A DNA stretch of 39,410 nucleotides from a virus. Each line of letters starts with the position of its first letter. Positions within the stretch are counted from its first letter, which is position 1. A program made the translations under genes and the position numbers. Below the pieces are notes generated by a model that saw nothing but the letters and a program-made list of their open reading frames with translations, did no database searches and had not been told where the DNA came from. The stretch lies in IMG/VR virus record IMGVR_UViG_3300045988_098250, positions 1 through 39,410 of that record. One strand, written 5' to 3'. Shown in pieces: positions 26,184-35,450 of the stretch.

Positions 26184-26813
26184 CTATTGCTTCTTTCTAA
26201 ATAATTGTGACCATCTCGATGGATCTTCCTTATACAATTCATTTTGTTGTTGAAGAGTCATCTTAGATGGATCTTGTGGGACTTCGGATGTGCCATTCCC
26301 TGAAACAACTACATGAGTAGCCGGCTTTTGTGGTTCTGCTGGCTCATCCTTTTTGAATAAAAAGCCGTAATTTTGTTTAGCAGCATCAACTTGTTCTTGA
26401 AAGCCAAGTAAGTTGCCATTTTCATCAAGTGATACCTTACCAGTATCAATAAAAGGTAGAACAGCCTTGTTTTCAAGCGCACCAGCTTTACTTAATGCAC
26501 TTGAAATAGCAAACTCTTTCTTTTGAGAAGTCAACTTATTAGACCATTCTTTGTCTTTTTCTTTATTAGCCTTTTCAACTTCGGCAAACTTGGCTCTAAG
26601 CTCTTCATTGTCTTTGGCTGCAGTACTTAAGGACTTAATCTGTTTATCACGATCTGTTACTTGCGACTTGTAACCATCAATTTGATCATTTAAGCTAGCA
26701 ATCTTGGTATCATAGTTACTGCGTATAATGGTCATGTCCTTACCATGTTGTGCCATAACAGCCTTGATCTGATCAGCATTTAAGCCTTGTTTTTCTAAAA
26801 AATCACGTTCCAT
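26184..26813 (-). CDS. Scaffolding protein
   Basis: 209 aa, charged and coiled-coil rich (GP20-like). Located between the minor capsid gene and the major capsid gene. Confidence 0.72.
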   Translation of the reverse strand: MERDFLEKQGLNADQIKAVMAQHGKDMTIIRSNYDTKIASLNDQIDGYKSQVTDRDKQIKSLSTAAKDNEELRAKFAEVEKANKEKDKEWSNKLTSQKKEFAISSALSKAGALENKAVLPFIDTGKVSLDENGNLLGFQEQVDAAKQNYGFLFKKDEPAEPQKPATHVVVSGNGTSEVPQDPSKMTLQQQNELYKEDPSRWSQLFRKKQ

Positions 26814-26906
26814 ATTTAGTTCTCCTAACGTTTAATTTATACGAGGGACGACCTCGTTCAGAGCATAATAAAAGAGCAGTTTAGCGACTTACTCAGGTCG
26901 ATTTAA

Positions 26907-27209
26907 TTAATCTGCTTTGACTATCTGCTCACGATCATATTGACGTGCTAAGAAGTCATTATCTTTTACAATCTTTCTTAATTTGGCTTGATAACCTCTT
27001 ATTGATTGATTGAGCTTTCTAACATTTTCAGGATCTTCATCCCTCTCAGCAAGTTCTTTTTTGTATTTAAGGTGTCTAATACTGCGTTCATAGTATCTTT
27101 GCTGTTGTTGTATCTTAGCATTCTTGACGGCTTGCTTAGGGTCATAATGCTTTTGAAAGTTATGAGATACGCCTTTGATGTAAGGATAAAGAATGTGACT
27201 GCAGTTAAT
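26907..27209 (-). CDS. Minor capsid / head morphogenesis protein (SPP1 gp7-like), exon 2 (100 aa, no own start codon)
   Basis: My own translation of the minus strand: INCSHILYPYIKGVSHNFQKHYDPKQAVKNAKIQQQQRYYERSIRHLKYKKELAERDEDPENVRKLNQSIRGYQAKLRKIVKDNDFLARQYDREQIVKAD-stop. It supplies the conserved NC(R/S)H..YP(F/Y) motif that the truncated upstream ORF lacks. In-frame TAG TAA lie 8-9 codons upstream and there is no ATG. Confidence 0.8.
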   Translation of the reverse strand: MNCSHILYPYIKGVSHNFQKHYDPKQAVKNAKIQQQQRYYERSIRHLKYKKELAERDEDPENVRKLNQSIRGYQAKLRKIVKDNDFLARQYDREQIVKAD

Positions 27210-28163
27210 CTTTTCTGTAATCTTGTATTACTACAAGTGTCGGACTATATCATCTAAGGCTTTCGCCTCGCATTGCACTTCGACCGGTAGCTTGTCTTCC
27301 GGTCTACTCTACTCGATTTTTACTCTTTCGATAGTCTCTACACCTTTTTAATAAATTCCCAGCGATAACCGCCAGCACTCTTTCTATACTTTTTGTGTAA
27401 GCAAACTGCACTAATTTGTCTTGAATTTATGCCAGTTGCTCTTTCAGCTTCTCGCACACCATCAAAAGTGTTAATTAGTTTGCCATCTTTAGTATATTGA
27501 CCAACTCTCTTTTTAAGAGAATCAGTGTATTTTTTTAATTGCTGGCTTTTCTTTGCTAAATATTTTGGATCTTTTAGCCTTTCTTTTTGAATTTGACTAG
27601 ATAGCTTAGAATGTCTTTCTCTATATTCTTTGTTTTGCCAGTTTCTTTTATTCATTTGAGAAAATTGAACGCTTTTGGCTTTTGCCATATTTTCAGCGTT
27701 AGTAGGAGCGCCGTCTATTACGTTATACATTGGAATATTTCTTTTTCTGTAAAGTAATATCCATTTTTTCTCTAAAAAATCAAGATCTGAGATTTTGCAT
27801 TCTTCTAAGATTTTTTTACTAAAATTTTGAATCCCATATTTAGCAATATCTTTATGTAAATTATAAGGTCTTTGATTTATTGCACTTTTTTTAAAGTGAT
27901 CTATAAATCTTTGATGAATATCAGTTGACTGACCAATATATACTTTACCAGTTGCCTTATTAATAATTATATAAATTCCAATAGTTTTATTCATCGCTGA
28001 GAACCTCTTAAACTTGGCACGGGATTAACCTAAATTAGGCTTTCCCCGTTAGCTTTAACAATATTAATCTATATAACTATTATATCATTTATGTAGACAA
28101 TTAATACCGTTAAAACACCCCTAAGCTAAGGGTTCACAATGTTTATACAGGGCATTAACGTCT
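27210..28163 (-). mobile_element. Group I intron (954 nt) carrying a GIY-YIG homing endonuclease ORF
   Basis: Exon 1 ends in U and the intron ends in G. P1: exon CAGGGU (28169..28164) pairs with internal guide GCCCUG (28153..28148), giving a U-G wobble at the splice site. GNRA-capped hairpins: GAGGC-GAAA-GCCUU (27256..27269) and CUUGUA-GUAA-UACAAG (27222..27237). Another hairpin: GACCGG...CCGGUC (27282..27304). Splicing restores the reading frame. Confidence 0.78.
27338..27994 (-). CDS. GIY-YIG homing endonuclease (I-TevI-like)
   Basis: GIYIIINKATGKVYIGQS is the GIY...YIG motif. A Lys-rich linker follows, then a C-terminal DNA-binding module (GINSRQISAVC...GGYRWEF). The ORF sits entirely inside the intron. 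Confidence 0.9.
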   Translation of the reverse strand: MNKTIGIYIIINKATGKVYIGQSTDIHQRFIDHFKKSAINQRPYNLHKDIAKYGIQNFSKKILEECKISDLDFLEKKWILLYRKRNIPMYNVIDGAPTNAENMAKAKSVQFSQMNKRNWQNKEYRERHSKLSSQIQKERLKDPKYLAKKSQQLKKYTDSLKKRVGQYTKDGKLINTFDGVREAERATGINSRQISAVCLHKKYRKSAGGYRWEFIKKV

Positions 28164-29012
28164 ACCCTGTGTGCCGGCCGGCTTGCCGTATCCATAATCG
28201 TAAATATTAGGATACGAAAGATCAGCCTTTGGATCGCTTTTAGGTACAATGCACACTACTTTGCCTTGAATTGGAGCACAAGCCGGTCTTGCTGCCGGAT
28301 GACTAGACATAGTAGCAAGTACTGTGTCAAATTCCTTCATAGATTGCGCCCTAGCTTCGTTAAATACTCGGTGAGTAGTAGATGTAATGACAGTTCTTGT
28401 ATACCCTTCTAGCGTCCACTCATGACCGCCTTTGTCTGTTAGGGATGTAGGCAAGCCTTTGTCATACCATTGGAGGATATTGTCTTTTAATGCTCTATCT
28501 GCCGTCTTAGTTCCTGTAGAAACATCTAATACAGTTTTGTCGATAATGTTTTGATAGGTTTTTAAGGCTGCATTTTTATGAACATTAGTTGTTAATAACG
28601 TCTGATTAACATAGTTATTGACATTTCTAAAGGTTTGATCGGCATAAGCATTAATAATTGCTACTGTATCATCACTCACACCTCGCATTGGTTGCTTTAA
28701 TGCTGTGGATAATTCACTGTTCATTCTTTTAGCAACTGTTAAACCTTGGCCTTGAATAAGATCATAAATAGCTTGCTTACTATATCCAATATTTTTGGCA
28801 ATAAAATCAACCACTTTGTCAGTTAAACCACCCATTTCAGCAAGAGCCTTTAAGCGCCACTCCAAGACGCTTTTTTCATCAGCATTAATAAGCATCCCTT
28901 TGTGCTTCTTAAACGTGTCAATCAGCAAATAAAAGGTATGCTGCTGCAAGTAATCATAATAATCAACTATCTTGCTTGCTTGCTTCATCATCTTGCTTAG
29001 TTGTGGATCCAT
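28164..29012 (-). CDS. Minor capsid / head morphogenesis protein (SPP1 gp7-like), exon 1 (283 aa)
   Basis: Track ORF 28155..29012 ends ...SSHPAARPACAPIQGKV...YGYGKPAGTQG then RR-stop read from intron sequence. In homologs the PAG..G segment is followed by (W/I)NC(R/S)H, which is found in exon 2. Confidence 0.8.
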
Positions 29013-30597
29013 CTACCTCACCTTTATCTTTTTGCTTTTGCGTATCTGCTAAGGGATTAAACTGTTCAAAATCAGGCGCTGGTGTCGCTTTTTCCTTTTG
29101 CAGTTGTTCCACCCACTTAGCAGCTTCATCATCGCTTAAGTTATAGTTACGCTTGGTAAATTCTGTAATAGGCATTGCACCAGCATTAAGAGCTGATAAA
29201 TCATTCTTGAACTGTGCATCTTGATCCACAAAAATACCATCGTTAAAGTCTGGTGTAATAACTAAATTATCAATATCTCCGGTCCATTTAGGCTTTTGAT
29301 CGCTCCACAATTCCGGTGTCTGTAATAGTTCAGCAATAGCATATACAAGTTGGTCTATTGTGTCCTCGACTTGTGTTAAGTAACTAGAACGTGTTTGATA
29401 AGTCATTGAATTGCTTGAAACAACACCTGTAGCTGTTTGAATACCTGTAGGGGTTGCTGTAAATGTTCCCTCACTCAATCCAATTTCGTTTTCAAACTCA
29501 TGTAAGAAGTAGCTCATTGCTGCTTGATACTGGTCTGTTCTGATATTGATAGCTAAATCCTTAAATGAACTGCTATCGTCTAATCTACTATTGATTGGAA
29601 CAAATACGTCATCGTCCGTATCCCAATACATTTGCTGATCTACTGGGACGGGCTGACCATTGATTTGAGTTTGCCGTTTCAACCAGCTTTCAGGAACAGT
29701 TACACGTCTACGCCCAGTCTTAACATCCCAATAAAAGCCGTCTTGTGTCACGTTGATATCATCAAGAATGTTTCTGCAGTTATCGCACAAGCCTAAACCT
29801 AATGGACTTGTAAAACTCTTGTTGTTGTCTCCTGGATTACGATAGAAGGCAAACAGTGGCTTAGTTATATGCGTAAAAGTTGCTGTTTGCGGTAAGTCAG
29901 CATATTCTTCAATCGAATTTAAAGGTACTTGAGTGCCTGTTTCGTTTTCGTCAGTTGACTCGTATAGTTCATTAGTAATTGTGTAAGGTTTGTATTCGTG
30001 GCCGTTCTCATCTACTTGTTTATTGCCCCATTGATGAAATTCTAACAGTGTGTAATAGTGCGGCTCATCGTTAACGGTCTTAACAATCTTACGAGCTAAT
30101 GCAATCTCTCTAACTTCTGTAGTGTTAGCATTTAATGGATATACACCTAATGCGTCAGACCAGTTCAATTTAATTGTGTCATCTTCAACATAAGGTCTAA
30201 TTGCACTAGAACCTAAAGCAATAGCACGCTGTAAATTAGTTTCAAAAGTGGTGTAAAAGCGACTTTCACGAAAGACTTTATCAAGTTGTTCCTGGAGTTC
30301 ATTATCATTAACTTTTATCGAACATTGTTCGTTGAAGATGATTGATGCTAAGCGCTTAGATGCTTTTTGCGTCATGTTAACGGTATTCATCTTGCGTTTC
30401 TTTTCATGACCTAGCACCCAATAATGAACGTCCTGTGGCTTGTCAGAATAATAGTCTTTAGCTGTTCGGATGCGTGTGTACTCTTCTGCAGGTACTGCAA
30501 TCCGTGGATCGTCTGTAATAGCTCCTAGTGATTTAATCATCCCTAACTTAGCACCTCCTTTCCTGAATAAACTCTTAATGCTAGCCCATAGTCCCAT
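28963..30597 (-). CDS. Portal protein (SPP1 gp6-like)
   Basis: 544 aa directly after terL. Size, position and acidic C-terminus are typical. Confidence 0.85.
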   Translation of the reverse strand: MGLWASIKSLFRKGGAKLGMIKSLGAITDDPRIAVPAEEYTRIRTAKDYYSDKPQDVHYWVLGHEKKRKMNTVNMTQKASKRLASIIFNEQCSIKVNDNELQEQLDKVFRESRFYTTFETNLQRAIALGSSAIRPYVEDDTIKLNWSDALGVYPLNANTTEVREIALARKIVKTVNDEPHYYTLLEFHQWGNKQVDENGHEYKPYTITNELYESTDENETGTQVPLNSIEEYADLPQTATFTHITKPLFAFYRNPGDNNKSFTSPLGLGLCDNCRNILDDINVTQDGFYWDVKTGRRRVTVPESWLKRQTQINGQPVPVDQQMYWDTDDDVFVPINSRLDDSSSFKDLAINIRTDQYQAAMSYFLHEFENEIGLSEGTFTATPTGIQTATGVVSSNSMTYQTRSSYLTQVEDTIDQLVYAIAELLQTPELWSDQKPKWTGDIDNLVITPDFNDGIFVDQDAQFKNDLSALNAGAMPITEFTKRNYNLSDDEAAKWVEQLQKEKATPAPDFEQFNPLADTQKQKDKGEVDGSTTKQDDEASKQDS

Positions 30598-30609
30598 ATA
30601 CTCACCACC

Positions 30610-31923
30610 TTATGCTGCTAGTCCGAGTAGTTGCTCATTATCCACAATAGCGTACTTAATGGCATCGCAAGAGTGATCGTCTTCCTTGATAACGCGCGGA
30701 TTATCGCTATTAACTGTAGCTGGATCCCACTGATATTTTTGGTGTTCTTGTAGAAATATCTCATTGCCTGGTGTTTTCAAAACATATAAACGCCCTTGTG
30801 CTAGAAGATCCTCAACACGGTCAATCATTGCTGCTTCACTCAACTTATGTACCTTAGACCACTGCGTGTTGTACATTTGCCAATATTGTGTATAGATACC
30901 ACCATCAGCAGAGTCGATTGTCTGATTATAAGGTAGAACGCCGTATTTATTGGTTATCTCATTGATAAAGTCATGCACACGCTCAGCCTGTTCAGATGCT
31001 GACAGCTTACGAGCGTACTTAGTTGGATCATAGTAAAAGGTATCTAGTACATAAACGTTGTACTTGTTAGTTAAAGCACACGCTACACAAGCGGTAGCAG
31101 ATACCATAAATCCGGTATCCATGCCGTAAAAGATTTCAGTGATATATTCATCATCTGGTATCTTATCCACAACCTTAAACAGATTCATATTATAGACATT
31201 AGTACCCAATCCAACAGCTTCACCAAGGTATAGCCAGCGGTAATAGTCCGGATCATTACGCTTATATGTCTCAATCAGGTCTAATTGCTGCTTAGTGGTA
31301 AAGCCTAGCTTGTCGTCTAAGTAGGTGCTTGTGTCTATGAAGTAATCAGGATCAGTTTGGCGCTGTGTAATCCATTCATTCACCCATGCGTAAGGATTGC
31401 GCGGTGGATTGTATGAAATATAAACCTTTACCTGCTCTGCAAAATCGGGTTTTTGTCTAATGAACGTAGGTACCGATTGATCGAATACATCAACACTTTT
31501 TAAGTTAGCAAACTCTTCAAACCAAACCGCTATCACATTACCCACAATGTTGGATTTAAGTTTCATTGGATCATTAGCACCGTAGAAGTAGAATGTTGAT
31601 CCTGTCCTTATATGAGTAATCGTTAAAGGTGATACACGAGTTCTGAACTCACTTTCAACGTGCAACTTATTCATAGCCCATAGAATCTGGTTATAAACAC
31701 TGTCACGTAAATAGCGTTGATTTTCACGTACACAAATGATGTTTACTGTTTTGCCTTGCGCAATATACTTCATCATTGTGGTAACAAGCTTGAAGCTGAT
31801 TACTGACGACTTAAAAGAACCACGGCCACCCTTATAAACTTGATAAGGCTTATTACTATTCCATGCGGTATAAAAGTGAGGATTAATCTCCTGGCTTAGT
31901 TTTACTATTGCCATTGCTATCAA
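30610..31923 (-). CDS. terL: Terminase large subunit (PBSX / Terminase_3-like, headful type)
   Basis: Walker A-like YKGGRGSFKSS near the N-terminus. C-terminal nuclease region with DDHSCDAIKY. The track start is TTG 31923; ATG 31914, 10 nt after AGGGAG, is more likely. Confidence 0.9.
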   Translation of the reverse strand: MIAMAIVKLSQEINPHFYTAWNSNKPYQVYKGGRGSFKSSVISFKLVTTMMKYIAQGKTVNIICVRENQRYLRDSVYNQILWAMNKLHVESEFRTRVSPLTITHIRTGSTFYFYGANDPMKLKSNIVGNVIAVWFEEFANLKSVDVFDQSVPTFIRQKPDFAEQVKVYISYNPPRNPYAWVNEWITQRQTDPDYFIDTSTYLDDKLGFTTKQQLDLIETYKRNDPDYYRWLYLGEAVGLGTNVYNMNLFKVVDKIPDDEYITEIFYGMDTGFMVSATACVACALTNKYNVYVLDTFYYDPTKYARKLSASEQAERVHDFINEITNKYGVLPYNQTIDSADGGIYTQYWQMYNTQWSKVHKLSEAAMIDRVEDLLAQGRLYVLKTPGNEIFLQEHQKYQWDPATVNSDNPRVIKEDDHSCDAIKYAIVDNEQLLGLAA

Positions 31924-32548
31924 TCTCCCTTATATCGTCTACAATGATTGTCTTATTGCTTGGATCATCATTTTCTTCAAGCGCCTTAAGCTGTGCTTCA
32001 CTAAGTTGTGCTTCTGCAAGCGTCTTACGAGCATTAGCTTCATTAAGTTTCTGGAATGTTTGATCACGGTAAATGTCTGGACGCCTATTTTTAAGCCAAA
32101 AAATAATAGCAGAGGCGTTTGGATCCACTTCTGTTACTGTCTTGCTTATAGGTATTTTTTCATAAACGTCAACATTCTCTGCTGTTGCAATTGCTATCTC
32201 TTCCCGTGTAGCTTGTGGATGATCTAGCTTATAAATGTTAGCAAACTTAGTACGTTCAGCTTTAAGATTAAACTCATCTTTCTTGACCATCTTATATTGT
32301 GTAGTGGTAAGAGTGTGTTTCTTCATAACTGAAATGAAAGAGTCTTCAATTTCAGCATCAACTATTTCTTTACCTTTTTTCAGGGCGTCACTCATGTCAC
32401 TATATGTACTTAACCATCTTTGAAAGGTTTGACGTTTAACACCAATCTTCTTGGCTATCTGTTCATTGGTTAAGCCATCTCTAGCCCATGATCTAAGCTT
32501 AGTGAGATTATCAGGCTCTAGCCATTTTTTGTATTCAGCATGTGCCAT
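31883..32548 (-). CDS. terS: Terminase small subunit (N-terminal HTH)
   Basis: LTNEQIAKKIGVKRQTFQRWLS is an HTH. 221 aa. Overlaps terL. Confidence 0.75.
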   Translation of the reverse strand: MAHAEYKKWLEPDNLTKLRSWARDGLTNEQIAKKIGVKRQTFQRWLSTYSDMSDALKKGKEIVDAEIEDSFISVMKKHTLTTTQYKMVKKDEFNLKAERTKFANIYKLDHPQATREEIAIATAENVDVYEKIPISKTVTEVDPNASAIIFWLKNRRPDIYRDQTFQKLNEANARKTLAEAQLSEAQLKALEENDDPSNKTIIVDDIREIDSNGNSKTKPGD

Positions 32549-32566
32549 CTAATCCACCTCATCACT

Positions 32567-32845
32567 TTAACCACCTTTGCTACCAAACGAACTTCTTTTA
32601 ACCTTAACGCCACTTCTTCTTAAAGCTATCTTTACTGATCTAACACTTCGTCTTGCGCTAGTTAATGCTTTAGTTAATCTATTACCGTTGGCTCTCATAC
32701 TCTGACCACCAGTAACACGATTAGCCATTCTTGTAATTCTACGGTCACCACTTCCAGTAGTCCGTAATCTTCTTTGAATTACTCTATTTTGATTTCTATA
32801 AGAAGTGGTACGACTAGCACTAAATAAATCTAACTGTTTAGCCAT
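32567..32845 (-). CDS. Arg-rich 92-aa protein with C-terminal ...SSFGSKGG tail (GG-tail protein 4)
   Basis: 18 Arg and 6 Lys against 2 Asp, by my count. Ends FGSKGG-stop. Lies 18 nt upstream of terS. SD is GGAGGTG. Confidence 0.7.
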   Translation of the reverse strand: MAKQLDLFSASRTTSYRNQNRVIQRRLRTTGSGDRRITRMANRVTGGQSMRANGNRLTKALTSARRSVRSVKIALRRSGVKVKRSSFGSKGG

Positions 32846-32961
32846 TTAATCACCTCCATATTTCACAAACTAAGAATGCTATATTGTCGGGCTTGAATGA
32901 ACTTTAATCATCTTGGCCAAACTAATTTTCTTCACAAAGATTTTTTAATTCAATTCCAGCG

Positions 32962-33660
32962 TTATTGAAAATATCTCTTTAACTGTTCAAATGTAATGTA
33001 TTCCTCATTAGCTGGGATGTTGGCCTTTTTATAAAATTCTTCCTTAGCTTCATTACTTGGAAAGATAACCTTGGTATAGAAGTTAATAACGGTTGAATCA
33101 TTATCCTTCTTCCTGAACTCGCTCTTAGTTTTATTAAATTCAGCAAGATTAGCCATCTTATCCTTTTCATCTTCAACTTCTTCATCGTAAGGCGTTGATG
33201 TCTTTGATGGTTCATCACTATTTGATAAACTTCCATCAAAATCAACATCCCCGTCAAACATAAAGTCGATATCAGACTTGTTAAAGCCCATATCTTCAAA
33301 AGAGACATCTTGCGAAAGATTAAATAGCTCGTCTAAATCCCAGTCACCTTGCATACTTGGATTATTAAGCTGTACGTTTAATTTCTTTTCTGTCTTTTCA
33401 TCAACATCAATAATTGCTACTGGAACATCATAATCTTTCTTTCGATAAATCTTATCTGCTGCCGTTAACCGTTGATGACCGCCCACAAGGACACCTGTAC
33501 GCTTATTCCAAACTAACGGCTCTATTAATCCATTTTCTCTAATTGCTTTAACGAGCTTCTTTTGATTACTTTCATCAATGATACGTGGATTATAATCAGC
33601 AAACTTGATCTGACTACGTTTAACTGTTCCATATTCAAATTGCTGCAATGGTTTAGACAT
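32962..33660 (-). CDS. ParB/Srx-like N-terminal domain protein with acidic C-terminal half
   Basis: IKFADYNPRIIDESNQKKLVKAIRENGLIEPLVWNKRTGVLVGGHQRL matches the ParBc pattern (NPR ... G.(H/R)R). No methyltransferase domain is attached. Confidence 0.8.
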   Translation of the reverse strand: MSKPLQQFEYGTVKRSQIKFADYNPRIIDESNQKKLVKAIRENGLIEPLVWNKRTGVLVGGHQRLTAADKIYRKKDYDVPVAIIDVDEKTEKKLNVQLNNPSMQGDWDLDELFNLSQDVSFEDMGFNKSDIDFMFDGDVDFDGSLSNSDEPSKTSTPYDEEVEDEKDKMANLAEFNKTKSEFRKKDNDSTVINFYTKVIFPSNEAKEEFYKKANIPANEEYITFEQLKRYFQ

Positions 33661-33662
33661 AA

Positions 33663-34085
33663 CTAACCTCCTCTACTGCCTGTAGAACCTTTATGAAAAG
33701 TAGGCCATAATCCTCTACCAGAAGCTGTTCCTATTCTTTTACCAGTTTTCCAATCTACGCCATGCTTAGCTAACACGCGTCTTGCTGCTTGTACAGCTCT
33801 GTTTTCAGATAAGCCGTGTGCAGTCTTCCATGCCTTTTCAGCATTGCTTGGTGGTCGTACTTTCCCACTAGATACTAATCTTTGATACTCACGTTTAGCT
33901 TGACTTCGTTTGTCATGATAACTTTTTATAGCTTTTTGGTTTTCACGATGGAATTTGTCCTCGCCTCTAGTAGATCTAAGCTGTCTAACGGAACGCAAAC
34001 GGTCATCCATAGCTCCGCTTAATGGACTTCCAACACCTTTGCGATTAAGGTATTCTTGCTCGGACATCACTTTTTTACGAGCCAT
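33663..34085 (-). CDS. Basic 140-aa protein with C-terminal ...HKGSTGSRGG tail (GG-tail protein 3)
   Basis: Lys/Arg-rich body that looks helical. Ends GSTGSRGG-stop, 2 nt before the ParB-like start. Confidence 0.7.
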   Translation of the reverse strand: MARKKVMSEQEYLNRKGVGSPLSGAMDDRLRSVRQLRSTRGEDKFHRENQKAIKSYHDKRSQAKREYQRLVSSGKVRPPSNAEKAWKTAHGLSENRAVQAARRVLAKHGVDWKTGKRIGTASGRGLWPTFHKGSTGSRGG

Positions 34086-34087
34086 TT

Positions 34088-34396
34088 TTAACCACCTTTA
34101 CTTCCAGTAGAACCTTTTTTATATTTAGCTCCACCACTAAATACTAATTTTCTAGCTTTACTAAAGGTCCTATCTGCAGACCTAGAGATGCTAAACTTTT
34201 TCCCGTCAGAAGAATATCTAGCTATTCCCTTGGTATAAGAAGCACCAATTACGTTAATCATTCCATTTCTAGCTTTATAAACCACTGCATTCGCTCCATT
34301 AATCTTTGCATTAGGAATAATCTTCGTTTCACGATTTTTCATGCTCTTACTAATACGGTTGGCTTGTCTAAAAACGGCTTTAATTCCTTTAGGCAT
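34088..34396 (-). CDS. Basic 102-aa protein with C-terminal ...KKGSTGSKGG tail (GG-tail protein 2)
   Basis: Ends GSTGSKGG-stop, 2 nt before the next start. The body is distantly similar to the 123-aa protein (AKINGANAVV.. versus VKFNGGSLAV..). Confidence 0.7.
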   Translation of the reverse strand: MPKGIKAVFRQANRISKSMKNRETKIIPNAKINGANAVVYKARNGMINVIGASYTKGIARYSSDGKKFSISRSADRTFSKARKLVFSGGAKYKKGSTGSKGG

Positions 34397-34398
34397 AA

Positions 34399-34770
34399 TT
34401 AGCCTCCCCTATTTCCGGTAGAACCAAGTTTGTATTTTCCTTTGCTAACTCCAGCAAAAATACTACTAATCATTTTTGAAGCCTTTTTTTGATCCGCAAG
34501 GCTCAGATACGACCAATCGGTCGCTTTTCCTATTCCTCTTGGACCAAGTTCGGTTACTTTGTAACTTTCTCTATTGTTAGAAAACACATGTACATTTCCT
34601 TTTTTGTCTTTACCAACTGCAAGGCTACCACCGTTAAATTTAACTCCAGGAACTGCTTTATATGTTCCACCAGCTTTTTGTCTTCTTTTTTCTGCTCTTT
34701 CCCAAGTGGTAGTCCACCAAGCGTGTTTTCCACTGGTTTGATAGCGCATGCCATTAGAATAAACTACCAT
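34399..34770 (-). CDS. Basic 123-aa protein with C-terminal ...KLGSTGNRGG tail (GG-tail protein 1)
   Basis: The start overlaps the PAPS-reductase-like stop (TAATG). Ends GSTGNRGG-stop. Confidence 0.7.
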   Translation of the reverse strand: MVVYSNGMRYQTSGKHAWWTTTWERAEKRRQKAGGTYKAVPGVKFNGGSLAVGKDKKGNVHVFSNNRESYKVTELGPRGIGKATDWSYLSLADQKKASKMISSIFAGVSKGKYKLGSTGNRGG

Positions 34771-35435
34771 TATTCCTCGCCTTTCTTATAAGCTTCATAT
34801 TGCAGCACGCCGGCCTGTGCTTCCGGGAAAAACTTAAGTATCCTCTGATAATCATCTGGGTAAATATGCTTAATTGCTGATAGCTCTTTGCCGGCTAACG
34901 AATGGAAACTAAAACCCAACTTGCGGTTAAACTCTGGATATAGCAGATTATTAACTTGCATATATCTCTTAATTTCCGCATCTCGCCAGTACATAACCGG
35001 GTAGAATCGGCCACGTTCAACATCAATAGAGCCTGAATGCTTTAGCATTGCTCTACGTACCACAGAATCGTTTATCTTTTCTCCGCCAGCTATCCACTGA
35101 ATACCAGTTTCTCGTCTAATAGCTTCATAAATAGCTCTGATCTTAACTCTAGGCACTGAGTAATCAGCATCCCTGAAAGAACCATATCTATAGAAATCAG
35201 CATTCTCAAAGTGTGGTACTCGGATAATATCTACATCGTAGTGACGCTCATATTTTGCTAACGCTTCTTCTTGAAACTTAAGACCAGGAACTAAATACAT
35301 GAAAAATGGTTGTACTGTCTTAAAGTACTTCTTGCACAGATCAAGTGTTACTATGCTATCTTTGCCCATAGAAAAAGACACAAGCACTTTATCGGTTATC
35401 TGTGCCTGTGTCTTAATTGCATCTAGTAAACTCAT
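34770..35435 (-). CDS. PAPS reductase-family PP-loop ATPase (CysH/DndC-like fold)
   Basis: KVLVSFSMGKDSIVTL is the PP-loop (SxGxDS) motif. The 221-aa size is typical of phage 'phosphoadenosine phosphosulfate reductase' proteins. Confidence 0.82.
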   Translation of the reverse strand: MSLLDAIKTQAQITDKVLVSFSMGKDSIVTLDLCKKYFKTVQPFFMYLVPGLKFQEEALAKYERHYDVDIIRVPHFENADFYRYGSFRDADYSVPRVKIRAIYEAIRRETGIQWIAGGEKINDSVVRRAMLKHSGSIDVERGRFYPVMYWRDAEIKRYMQVNNLLYPEFNRKLGFSFHSLAGKELSAIKHIYPDDYQRILKFFPEAQAGVLQYEAYKKGEE

Positions 35436-35450
35436 AAGATATCCTTTGCA

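Noticed and set aside
26814-26906. The hairpin ACGAGG-tcgtc-CCTCGT between minor capsid exon 2 and the scaffold gene as a terminator.
   Set aside because: No U-tract follows it on the coding strand. It is more likely an mRNA stability or processing element, or fortuitous.
27006-27257. Plus-strand 83-aa ORF in the apparent gap between the scaffold and endonuclease genes.
   Set aside because: It is antisense to exon 2 of the minor capsid gene. The minus-strand frame has a clear family motif and correct splice boundaries.
32979-33308. 109-aa alternative-frame ORF inside the ParB-like gene, and ORFs 34489..34791 (+) and 34554..34754 (-) inside the 123-aa GG-tail gene.
   Set aside because: They are out-of-frame or antisense overlaps with better-supported, translationally coupled genes, and have no SD.
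32567-34770. The shared [KR]-G-G C-termini might be only a by-product of Shine-Dalgarno sequences (AGAGGAGG, AGGGGAGG, AAAGGTGG) needed for the next gene.
   Set aside because: This explains at most the last three codons. The preceding G-S-T-G-S is also conserved with different codons. The 92-aa protein keeps the tail although terS uses a separate SD (GAGGTGG) further downstream. I keep it as a caveat, not as the sole explanation.
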